A DNA stretch of 59,141 nucleotides, counting the filler, from Sphacelaria rigidula (lineage: Eukaryota), in assembly GCA_964200075.2 (NCBI GenBank). It is 9 parts of 9 records of this genome, joined end to end, with 100 filler letters (N's around TTAATTAATTAA, not from the genome) between each part and the next. Parts side by side here need not be neighbours in the genome. Positions count along the whole stretch, not along the records: positions 6,584 to 13,066 come from CAXNAA020019813.1; positions 13,167 to 19,649 come from CAXNAA020019814.1; positions 19,750 to 26,231 come from CAXNAA020019815.1; 6 more parts are not named here. One strand, given 5' to 3'. The position numbers and the translations under genes are program-made. Positions 12,820 through 23,150 of this stretch are shown here, piece after piece. The number at the start of each line of letters is the position of its first letter. Within the stretch, counting starts at the first letter, position 1. The notes under the pieces were generated by a model. That model did no database searches. It saw only the letters and a list, made by a program, of their open reading frames with translations, and was not told the DNA's origin.

Positions 12820-13818
12820 GTGAGGAGTCGTTCCCCATGAATAATTGTTAACGATCGTAGTATATCCGCCCTACCCGTGTGGAAAGTATATAATTATATA
12901 TGTATATATATATATATATGTTCAAAGTGTGAGAAGAAAAAAAAAACGTAGCTGCAAAGGTGATCATTAATCGGTCGCTTAATTCCTCCCATGCTGAGTC
13001 ATAAGATATGTAAGAGCTTCTTGTGTAATGTATGGAAGAAACGTAATGAGCTACAGAAGGAAAGTANNNNNNNNNNNNNNNNNNNNNNNNNNNNNNNNNN
13101 NNNNNNNNNNTTAATTAATTAANNNNNNNNNNNNNNNNNNNNNNNNNNNNNNNNNNNNNNNNNNNNCTACTGTGGCATGACTCACCCCTGACCTTTACCA
13201 TGAGTCAATCGATTTAGGAACTGCTCTCCCCCCCCCCCCCCCATAGCTGTTTCCTACCGCGTAGTATTCTCCGCAGTCATGACGCCAAACGCAAAAATTA
13301 CCTCGCCCGGCATCGCGAAACTCTGCCTTCATTGCAGGGTGATATCCCCAGTTGCAAGTAATATATTACCGAAAGTTGTGACAGAAATAAGACTCCCCTA
13401 TCGCTAGTACTGTGTTGATAGCTGCCACCTCATGGCGGGTCCAATAGTATAGACGGCTACATGAAAGCGATTTTTTTTGGGCCTTTGACGCCGGATATAA
13501 TGTGACGACACGTCGCACCGTGTAGGACTTGCGGTCTACTGCTGTCCCACTATCCCCATTTGATGTATCTCCACCGTTCTGTATGATGCCTCTCTACATA
13601 CATGTACTGCCGTCAAGATATATAAAAAGACAACCACTAACGATCAGAAACTAAAGTATTTTATTGACAAGACGAAACGTGAACATGAAAAACCTAAACG
13701 CATAATCGTGGGGGGGGGGGACTAGCAGGTTTCTGGCGCTTGGACGGAGAAAACTGCCATACAATTCACACGGCGGCAACACCATCACTAACAACAACAA
13801 TGACGGCGATGACGGCGA

Positions 13819-13854
<36 letters not shown>

Positions 13855-13862
13855 CGCCTCAG

Positions 13863-16800
13863 CGGTTCCCCGACACGCCCTCCTGGGCGTGCAGCGCGAA
13901 GTACTGGAGCTGTGGCGTGCTTGCCTATCCTATGGCGCCGACATATCCTCTGCTGACACTATCGCCATGATTGCTCGCGAACAAGGCTGGTGGCCGGGAA
14001 CCGGCGGCGCCGCCACCAGCCCGATTGACGGGGCTACAGCGCCGACAAGCACTGGCGGCGGTGGGGTGATACCTGGCGGTGCCGACGCAGACGTTGGTAG
14101 TCGTGGTCGCTCACCACACGATATCCTCGTTGTGACACAGCAGCAGGAGTGCAAGGGAGAAAACGGAGCAATAAGGAGCGGGCGGAAAACAAATCAAGCG
14201 GCCGTTGGCGGAGTGGAATGGTCGGGGCCCGAGCCGTCCGTGGCGCTATACAGGGCGCTGCACCAGCTGGCGTGCGCGTGTGTGCTTCCCCCGTCAGCAA
14301 CCGGCGGCGTCGGGCGTGCTGAGGAAAGGGGGAAAGGTTCGTCGCCATCAGAAGTTCCTGATGCCGGATCAGCGGTTCCCGTTGTGGTGGGAGGAGTTGA
14401 AGTAGTGCCGGAGATGTGGGCGGCCGTGGGTGACATGGTGGACTCCGCGGTAGAGATGACTGTGTCATGGCTTTTAGCCAGTTGCTGTGGAAGTGCTGGT
14501 CCGTTGGTTGACGAGGCGTCGTCGAGTCGAGTTTTGCAGGTGAAGTTTTCTCGCGTTTTCGTGCTGCACTATTTCTTTTCCATGTATTTTTTCGTTCCAT
14601 TAGTCAATGTGCACACGACACGATGGATTTTTTACTTTATCGTATCCCCCCCTTCCCCCCCCTCTCCCCCCCCTCTCCCCCTACTCCACCCCCACACACT
14701 AAATGCTTAGGTGTAGGATTCAGAACGAGCGGTGATAACGGATTGCTCGAGATACCCTCAGGGTGGCTGCCCTAAATCCTGTATACGGCAGTGTTATCAA
14801 CGGCAGTCTTTGAGGTGTAGGGTACATCTGCAAATTGCTTTGATTTCAGGGTACTCGTAGGTACCTCCGATACTGGGTTTGTAACCCTCTGACAAAAATG
14901 CAGAGTTTGGGATTTTGACGGTACAGTAGGGAGGCAACCGTACACCCCCCTCTCCCACCCCGCCATCCACACAACGTGGTGCACGGGCATACATGGACGT
15001 GATTTGACTGCTCTTCGTTCAAAAGGTCAAGTATGGACGAGAAATCTCCGTCGATAAAAAACACGCTCTAATTATTTCGCGGGGAGTACAGAAACCTTAC
15101 AAGAATGCAGAAACGCGGAAAATAGTCAAACGTGACGTGTTCTCCGCGCTTCCCGAATTTTTCGGTGTTTTACACTGTCATTTTTCAAGCCGCGTCTCTC
15201 TCGCTCTGTGAAATTTCCCGGCCGTCCTTTGTCACACTCCGAAGCAATGCTGTCCCCCCCACACTTGCTTATTCAATAGGGCTGGGTATTGGACCAGTAC
15301 AGTACACACTGGGTGCTCCTGGTACTGTCAGTGTGCTGGTACCAGATAAAAGAGGAGCCTGTACTGCCAGTAATGTCCTTCCGACGCACGTCCCGCTCTT
15401 GATCATGACTCCTCATTATTCAACTGAAACCTATCTAATTACGCCGCAAGTGAAAAGCCGACTCGTATTCTTTTACTCTAGTGAAGCCAAAATCTTGTGA
15501 AAATGCGCCTCCGGCGGAGCTTCGTCGCGCACCCAAGATCCTGGCCGCTGCCGGTATAACGCCTCATTAATAAACGGAAAGCCATCTAATTACGCCGCAA
15601 GTGGAACGTTGAATCGCTTTTTTTTGCCCCAGTGAAGCCAAATCGCGTGAAGATGCGCCTCCCGCTGATCCACGGATCCTAGGTCCTGGCAGGATCCAGT
15701 ATACTACCTGCTGACGCACCTAGTATGTAAATACCCTGGCTGGCTGCGTCAGCACTCAGCCCTATTATTTTGTGATTCCCGAGTCATGCTTTAGACGCGA
15801 TTAATCATCCACCTAGTCATGCTTGTTGTTGTTGTTGTTGTTGTCTTCACCTAAAAAGCCCTTCCGATATCTGCGCACTACTCCTTACTGGGCATCTGAT
15901 GCGGACACCTTTCATGGTCACAGGCTAACCAACTAACTACGCTAGAATGAGGTCTGATGGACTGAAAAGAAAAAAATAAAGTAGGACCAAGGACAAACCT
16001 AGTAGTTAACCTAGTTATGCTCCTAGTAACGAAAGAAAAACGCACAATTTGTATGTACTAGTGGGCAGGCTGCCGCGCTTACGGTACAGCCGTAACATGT
16101 GTTTTTTTCGCATGTATACGGTGTGCTTACTTTTTCAAAATACTTATATGTGGTAGGTGCTGTCTTGTGTCTTGTTTTCTCGCCATTTTTTCGGCCTGTG
16201 TAACCCGTTGGGGACCCACTGATAATTTTTGTTTGTGTAAATCGGCATGATTTTGACTTGAAAATGACTGAAAACGGTGCCGATTCGCAATAAAAAATAA
16301 TCGTTAGCGGGTTCCCAAAAGGTTAACTTTTCTGAGATTCCATGCAATGAAAATAGGTGTGGCGAGATGTTAGCTGAAACGATGTGAAATTTTCGCCTTA
16401 CAATTATTCCGGCAGAACCATGATGATGGCTGTGTATAAACCAGCATTGTTCTTGATGGGGGATAGCTCATGGAGTTTGGACGTGTGACTTGGGGAGATT
16501 GCGTTGGGTATATTCTTTCTTTTCCTTCGACATGAAATAATTGATCGTGATACGTTTAGGTTACAGATTGAGCGTTCGACCGCGAAGCAATCTGTCCTTT
16601 GTTTTTGGGCCCACATGATGATGTACAGTATGTCCGTGTTGATTTTTGTGTATCGGTTGCTCCTGTCAACCTCTTGTGAAATAACTCCTCGTGTTGTCAA
16701 GGGGTTTTCGCGACATGGGGAGGTTGACTTGTGTACGAGGTCATACACCCTTCTTGGACAAAGATCAAACCCATGTGTTGTTTTGCTCGTAGTAAACATC

Positions 16801-18870
16801 GCAGAGGCAGTTAGTTGAGACGTGAGAGAGTGAGACGAAGATGTTAAGATGTCAGAGATGCCACTGAGCTAAGCAGTCAGCGCTGACTGTTTAGCTCAGT
16901 GGTATCTCTGACATCTTGACGAAAGCTAATCCCGGGGTTCAAACCCCGCGCGTCGGGACTCCTTATTTTCAGGGGTACTCGGACCGCTCTGCACGGTGAG
17001 TATTCTTCACTCTGGAAAGAAGACCTGCAGATAGTCTGCTTGTACCATGGCGAGGTGGGCAAGCGGCGCCGCTGACAGAGTTGGGCAGCGCGGCGTTGGT
17101 TGCAGGGGTGGCAACCCTGGGGTGAAACTGGGTCCGATGGCTCAACAGCCTGAAGGGCCCCGGGATTAGCTATTGTTTAAATGTCACAGATACTACTGAG
17201 CTAAACAGTCAGCGCTGACTGTTAACCCTTAGACCACGAGGATAGTCCATCGAGATCATGAACATACTTTTCTCAAGTGAAATTGATGCCACGTCAACAG
17301 ATGACCTACTCTCGCCGTCAAAGGGTTAAGCTCAGTGTTGTCTGTGACATTAAACAACGACACGGGTGTGTGCCGGAACCCCCCACCAATCCAATCCACC
17401 GTTTCGTGTACGCCGTCCTCCTCCCAACTCACCATGATCCTCTTCTGCGCGCGACTGTGCTGCATGCACCTGCCGTGCTATTTGCGCTTTCGTGACGCGA
17501 TTGATATTCGTTGGCACGACCCCTCCTGGAAAAAAAGGCCGCTGCTATCCACTTTGTGGCGTGCTGGGTGGAGCGGCACGCCGTGATGTGTCGGACAACA
17601 GCAGACCGCCGCGGCCCTCGCCAACTGGCGTCCACGGTCGAGGATGCGACGGTGCTCCTGTCGTCGATCCTGGTTTCACCGGCCTTCATCCCTGCGGCGG
17701 CGGCTGACACCGCACTGTTGTCGTCGGCAGCGACTGCGGGAACGACGGTAGCAGCAGGATTAGACGACCTGTCGGCGGTGTTCAGGCTGGGCTTGGCATG
17801 CGAGAAGGCTACTCCGGGGGAAGCTGCGGCCTGTCTGCGCGCCGCGCCGCCTTCAACGGTCAAGGCACTCGCCGACTTTTTAGCTTCCCCGTCGCCGCCG
17901 CTTCGGCCGCAAGCGATGGAAGGACGCACGGCGGCGGCAGCTGCGGGCGGGGGGGAGAAGGGTGACGTTTCGCGAGGATGCGACCGGCAACTTGGGATTT
18001 TCAAGCGGCAGGCGATTTGTCGGGCGTTGGCGTGCGCGCGTTGGCTGGCATGTCGATTTTTGTCGGTTTTCGGGGGTGGGGAACAGGGGGTGGGGGTTCG
18101 GGGGACGCAGGGGCGGAGCGGTAGTGGTGATGAAAGTTGTTGTCTGCGAAGGAGGTCCTGGACGGCGTTGAGAAGGGACTGTGCTCTTCAGGTGAACCGG
18201 AAGCGAATAAAACGACGGTTGGAAACGGTGCTGTAGAGTACGCCACTCACGGCGTAAGCTAGGCAGCCATGTTGCTTTCTTGTTTTGCTCTTATGCTTTT
18301 TCGCGGTAACCATGATGGTGGTTTAGCTAGATCGTTAGATCATATTATGCCGGGCGCAGAACCTCAGCTCCGCGCACGAGGGATGATCGCACCACGTATT
18401 GTTTCAAGGGTGAGACATTCATGACGCAGTGTAACCCGCGGCTGTCTCTGGAGGTGGCGATACCAGAAAATGAAGCAACTCATTCGAGGATGTCATCCAC
18501 ATGCAAAATAATTATTTGCGCTTCGGGCCGAACAATCTTCGTAGGGTACTGCCCACTCGTCATGCGACTCGCCGAACACATCACAGCGCTCGCGCTTATT
18601 GGCTGCAAGTCCTGGTCCGGCGAAACCCAGCGTACTCCGTCCTTGTGTTGTAGGGATGCGAGGCTGGTGGTTTGATGACTACTGCATGCAGAATCATGAG
18701 CATCTTCCCCCCCCTCTCCCCATGCTTCCTGCCGGCAGAGTCTTGCTCTGTGCCAGCCTGGCGACGAAGCTGTTGCCGTCGGATTGGTGGCTGAAGCTCT
18801 CCCTGATCACCCGCCCTCTTCGGGTGGATCCTTGAAGGACGGAGAAGCTTCCTCTCGATTATTGCGAACG
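13863..18870 (+). CDS. RPAP1/RBA50/IYO-like (RNA polymerase II-associated protein 1) internal exons 13863-14539, 17538-18191, 18739-18870
   Basis: Three GC-rich open exons are joined by phase-0 GT-AG introns (RVLQ|AAAIHFVAC; DCALQ|SLALCQPGDEAVAVGLV). EVLELWRACLSYG and ALQSLALCQPGDEAVAVGLV resemble the RPAP1 motifs EALRLW.VAASYG and ALALLSRLLPGSEYL as I recall them. The coding status is well supported; the family call is moderate. Confidence 0.6.
16844..17357. mobile_element. Palindrome-capped, tRNA-head-containing element in an intron, with a nested TTAA MITE
   Basis: Palindromes are centred at 16881/16882 and 17213/17214 (GTCAGC|GCTGAC). A-box TAGCTCAGTGGTA and B-box GGTTCAAACCC lie in 16883-16957. 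Confidence 0.8.
17226..17325. mobile_element. ~100-bp piggyBac-like MITE (TTAA-CCCTT...AAGGG-TTAA); inverted copy at 29577-29674, diverged copy at 3647-3740
   Basis: TTAA is duplicated on both sides and the termini are CCC/GGG. Removing the element restores the host palindrome arm. Homologous copies occur in three contigs. Confidence 0.85.
18420..18702 (+). repeat. ~280-bp interspersed repeat (retroposon-like); copies at ~2218-2447 and 58981-59141
   Basis: Shared GTGGCGATACCAGA.AATGAAGCAACTCATT, GGGCCGAACAATCTT, TCATGCGACTC.CCGA and CCTGGTCCGGCGAAA..GTAGGGATGCGAG. All three copies abut oligo-C tracts. Confidence 0.85.
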
Positions 18871-19473
18871 GTGATGATGATAATAGTAATGCTGATAAAA
18901 ATAGCCGTGGTCATAGCCGTACAGGAGAGCACGAGCCAGGCTAGGACAACATGCAACACTGTAAAAACAGTGACGGACACATGACTCTGCAGTAGTAATA
19001 TTGCACGGATACTGTTGCTGCAGCTTTCGCCTCCTTCTGCCCTATATTGCCATAAAACCCAGCGGATGATCGAGCAGCGATATAGGCAGGCTTACATTCG
19101 GTACAAGGTATTGCTGTACAAATCTTTTACTATCGGACAGCGACATCCATCTACGTAGCACGATTCAAATCTCATGTCCTTTTCCCTACGGAACGGCGAC
19201 GGAGCAGGAGAAAGTGGTGTGATTATGAGTCGGAAAAAAATGGTCGTCGCAAGTCCCCTGAGCTTTGAGTGACTGGTAGCTTCGAAATCGAACAAATGAT
19301 GCCGATCCCCGACATGTCATGAAGACCTCAAAATAGGCTCGCTGCCCAAGTATCTGTAGCTCAACGCTATTGATCTTGATCCAAAGCTTGTTGTCGTACG
19401 AGAGCCGGGGTGAAAACAACGTTCGATCAGATATTTGGATGTTTTGTATTACCCCCTCCCCCCGGTCCCATTT

Positions 19474-19580
19474 GCCCAAGTGTTAGTGGTGTTTCTATCA
19501 GGAGCTGTAACGGTGCTCCGTCTCGAAAGCGATATGTGGTCGATGGTCAAACGACTAAGGCAAGCAACAAATGAGTACGC
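19474..19580 (+). mobile_element. Short 3'-end copy of the same LINE family (other copies ~31475-31567 and ~55328-55397)
   Basis: The shared GCTCCGTCTCGAA..G..TGGTC.ATGGTC....ACT..GGCAAG...ATGAGTACGC matches 50136-50203. Every copy is followed by oligo-C. Confidence 0.85.
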
Positions 19581-19844
19581 CCCCCCCCCCCCCCCCCCCC
19601 CCACGCCCCCCCGCCCAAACCCAGCAACACACCTGCCCCCCCGCCCCCCNNNNNNNNNNNNNNNNNNNNNNNNNNNNNNNNNNNNNNNNNNNNTTAATTA
19701 ATTAANNNNNNNNNNNNNNNNNNNNNNNNNNNNNNNNNNNNNNNNNNNNTTTCTTTCTTTTTTCTACTTCTCTCTTGTTTGTTTTGTGGTTTTGTGTGTG
19801 TGTGGGGGGGGGGGGGGGGGGGAGGGGTGGTATCGCAGCGACCA

Positions 19845-21030
19845 ATCACCGGTCGTTTCTCAGAAAGGGGATTTTGAAAAAGGGGATTATCCCCTTCGTC
19901 AGGAAGGGCCCTGAAACCATCTTTCATGGCAGTCACCAATCTCGTTTTTTTCGAACATCGAGGGAGGAAAATTCGGGGAACGCATTTTATTACGGACCCC
20001 GATTTTGAGAAAAATCGGGGTGTCACGATCTCAGAACGATTTCCCCCGACGTTTTCGAAAACAATCGGGGGAAAGCTGACGTCCCCCCGATTTTGAGGCG
20101 GTGGCGTACGTGCATTGACGTATAATGGTAGGGCACGAGGCCTTTGATATTTCTTCAACCGCAGAAGATAGTCTCGTGACGACGCAGGGCGTGGTGCCTG
20201 CCCGCGCCAGCTGCTGAAGCAGTTTCGCACAGGGTTTGAGAAGCGGATTATAAGTGTTGACGCCGTACCCTGCGGCGATTATAATATTTTATGCTGCACT
20301 ACGCCGCCATATGTATCATAATAACGGACGGTACTGCACCACAGTGTCCTAGTCTCTTGTCGCTGTACTTGCAGGGTGATATGCATGTTGTGTATCGCAT
20401 TGCACTGCTGAAATCTTCTCGCGCACTGTTTGTTCACTGTTACCGCAATAAGCAATGTTTTCGTGAGATTGAGCGTAGAGGATACGAATGAGAGTGAAAA
20501 GTCAATCAGTGAATGAATCGTTTCAGTTCTGAAATGCCCCTCCACGAGGCCCAGTATGCTTCCTGTAGTAGCTTGCCACTGAGGCCCTTGATCTCCCTGA
20601 GTAGGATATCGACGTGTAGCCGTACGCACACGGCAGCGATGGAGGCAAACAAGAGCACACATAAAATGAAAATTGGCTAGGTCAAAGCGAATAATCAAAG
20701 CCACTCTCAATCAGCGCTCTACTCTCAATCTCACGAAAACATTGTTAATACCGACTATGTCATCATGTTTTGCCACACGGCATTATCATGCACTGCAATG
20801 ATGGAGTGCCGTGCACTGTACAATATTACCCTAGGTTACCACGATACGACACCGTACTCGAAGGATTACTCACCGCCCGCCTGCTCTTCGGCTTCATGCA
20901 CGAGTGCGCGATAACACTCTCATGCAGAAAATGACTGTGTACAGAACTGTACTGTTACACAAATCTGTGATACCATAAAACGGTCCTCCCGATTTTGAAG
21001 AAATCGGCGTCTCGAAAAAAATTGAATCAT
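19845..21030 (+). repeat. ~0.9-kb interspersed non-coding repeat family; copies at ~34290-34850, ~37655-38480 and a fragment at ~35785-35915
   Basis: Collinear blocks AGTCTCGTGAC..GTGCCTGCCCGCG..AGCTGCTG, AAGCGGAT..GTTGACGC..TACC.TGCG, CTCTTCGGCTT, ATGCAGAAA and ACCATAAAACG occur in all copies. Confidence 0.85.
20453..20744. mobile_element. hAT-like MITE nested in a larger repeat; partial second copy at 22772-22870
   Basis: TIRs CAATGTTTTCGTGAGATTGAG / CTCAATCTCACGAAAACATTG. The host sequence (..GCAATACCGACT..) resumes after the element. The TSD is degenerate, so the superfamily call is tentative. Confidence 0.75.
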
Positions 21031-22244
21031 TGCCATAAAAGATGGTCCAAGAAGCAGCCTAACAAGTCGCCTCACCACCAGGGTGTACGGTATACAAGGA
21101 CAGGCTGTACTTTGCAGAGTACGAGGTGTACCGTCATTTCTAGGCGGGTTGCGAGGCAGTCTCGAGGCAGCCTCGCATTTCGCGGCGGTGTTGTCGGTTC
21201 TGCCTGCGGTTCTACACCATTTTGACTGCAGGATTCGAGGGCACTTCGCTGTTCGTATATGGTACATGCAGATGCATAGGACATGACACACGGACTGACA
21301 CACAGACTGAAGGGACAAGCCCCAGAAGACCTTGCAGTAGCTGCTACATAGTGTAGCTCTTTAAGCTGCAGATTGGCGGCTCGAACGGTGGTCAGTGCAA
21401 CAGTACAGTACAGCACCAATGTACACAGCAGGGTATAAAACAGCATTTACGAAGTACTACACTACTACTGCCTACTGTACAAGTAGAGGCTGTACTGTTG
21501 CAAAAACCCCGAACGCTCTGGAATTCAAAAGACTTGGGATCTCGAATGAAACAAAACTGGCGCAACTTCGGTCGTATCAAAAGGAGTGGTGGGTGGCCCC
21601 TTATTTATTACCCAGCGATCACCGCGACTCAAAGTCATTATCCAGCCGGCAAATTTGCTTTCCCATGGCAACAAGAACAACTGACACACGTCCTCGGTTA
21701 TAGCTGAAGCGAACCCTAGGTGATGGAAGTGATCGTTCAATTCCGCATACTGGTAGAGAAACAAGAAGGATTTTTTTTTTTTGCCAAGTTGATATAGTAG
21801 TTTCCTCATTCCCGTCCGCTTGGGGTGGGGGGCTCGGGGGTGATCCTTGTGCCGTGATATTCTGATATGGGGGCCCTTGCCCTATAAAGTCGAGTTCTGA
21901 AAAACGTCTCTGGAAACTGACCAAAACGACTTTTCTGAGTGACCTCTTTCAGCCTACAAGAAACGGCCTCAGGAAGGACAGTGAGGCGGCGCGCATATTA
22001 TTGGGAGTTTTGTATCGTGCAGAGCACCATGTACTGCTTAGTCAACATTATTCACAATGCAGCACTGTACGGACTACACCACGACACAACAGCAGAGCGC
22101 TGTCTCTCGCGCGCCCCAGATTTAAAATATTTCCCCACACGTCTTGTAGAAGATGACGAAAACGACGTAAGAAGGGCTACTTCACAAAACAATGTTGAAA
22201 AACGGTTCATCATAAAACGGCTTCTTTTATACTGTTCATTTTTC

Positions 22245-23150
22245 CAGGGATTTACACGTTACACGTTCACGTTACGTTCATCATGCTTGTAAAACTTAAC
22301 TAGGCTTGAGTTCCGTATGCGTGTTTTTTCTTGAAGTTAAGCTCCTGAGAAAGTAATTATAAGCTTTTCTAGCGCAAATTAGGCGCCCTTTATGCGCTTT
22401 ATCCCCGTCATTGTAGTGATGTTATGGTAGTATCCCCTCACGAGGCGCGCCTTCTAGCACAAGGACAAGACGACGAGTTGGGCATTCGAAGTTTTCATGC
22501 ATATTCTTCATTAAAAACGAGGCTTTTCATCAGTCATCAGATTCGAGGGCCAAAATCTGCACACCTACACCCTAACCCACGTACGGAAACTACAAATACA
22601 TGTCACTACACCTAGGATGCATGATACAGCAGTAGGGCATTGTAGCCTCTGGACACAGGGCATTGCAGCCGTTGGCCTCTCGCCCGGAAGCTACAAGCTA
22701 CCACCTCTCCCCCCATCATCTACCGTCAGCTGACATTGAAAATATTGTCGAACCACCGGTACCGGTTGTAACAATGTTTTCGTGAGATTGAGAGTAGAGG
22801 ATGCGATTGAGAGTGAAAAACGGTCAAGTAGGGAATGAATCGTTTCAGTCCCGAAATGCCCCTCCACGAGTCTAATGCACGAGTAGCGTGTAAGGTCTAT
22901 TACGCGTTACATGAAACGCTTCATATTACGTGCGTTGAACGTTTGGGCAATATAACGTTCACGTTATGTTACGTTTGGCACCCCGGAAAATTTTAGTATC
23001 AGGTTAGCGTTTCATTTGAAAACTCAACGGTGCGTTCACGTTACGTTGATCACTTGAAAAAAGATATCCGTTCAAAAACAGTTACCGTCCACGTAACGTG
23101 AACGTAACGTGTAACGTTGTGGCACGTGTAACGTGATGAGTAGACCCCTG
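22245..23150. mobile_element. Putative hAT-like non-autonomous element with ACGTTCACGTTACGTT subterminal repeats and nested insertions
   Basis: CAGGG...CCCTG termini, with clusters of ACGTTA/TAACGT at both ends in opposite orientation. The TSD is weak. Confidence 0.5.

Noticed and set aside
11980..12823. Long ORFs 11980-12780 (-) and 12182-12823 (+) as whole genes
   Set aside because: Mostly intron or low-complexity sequence. Only 11967-12157 and 12693-12819 are coding.
16883..16957. Functional tRNA gene
   Set aside because: A- and B-boxes are present, but the D-stem 3' strand and anticodon arm do not form a proper cloverleaf, and the unit is embedded in a repeat.
18420..18560. Copia-like RT motif IILHVDDI on the minus strand
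   Set aside because: The homologous copy reads IILHSDDS, both copies have a stop at the same following codon, and no other RT motifs are nearby.
18738..18835. LLPSDWW motif resembling RPAP1 LPxDW
   Set aside because: It is out of frame with the phase-0 splice junction. The in-frame reading SLALCQPGDEAVA fits better.
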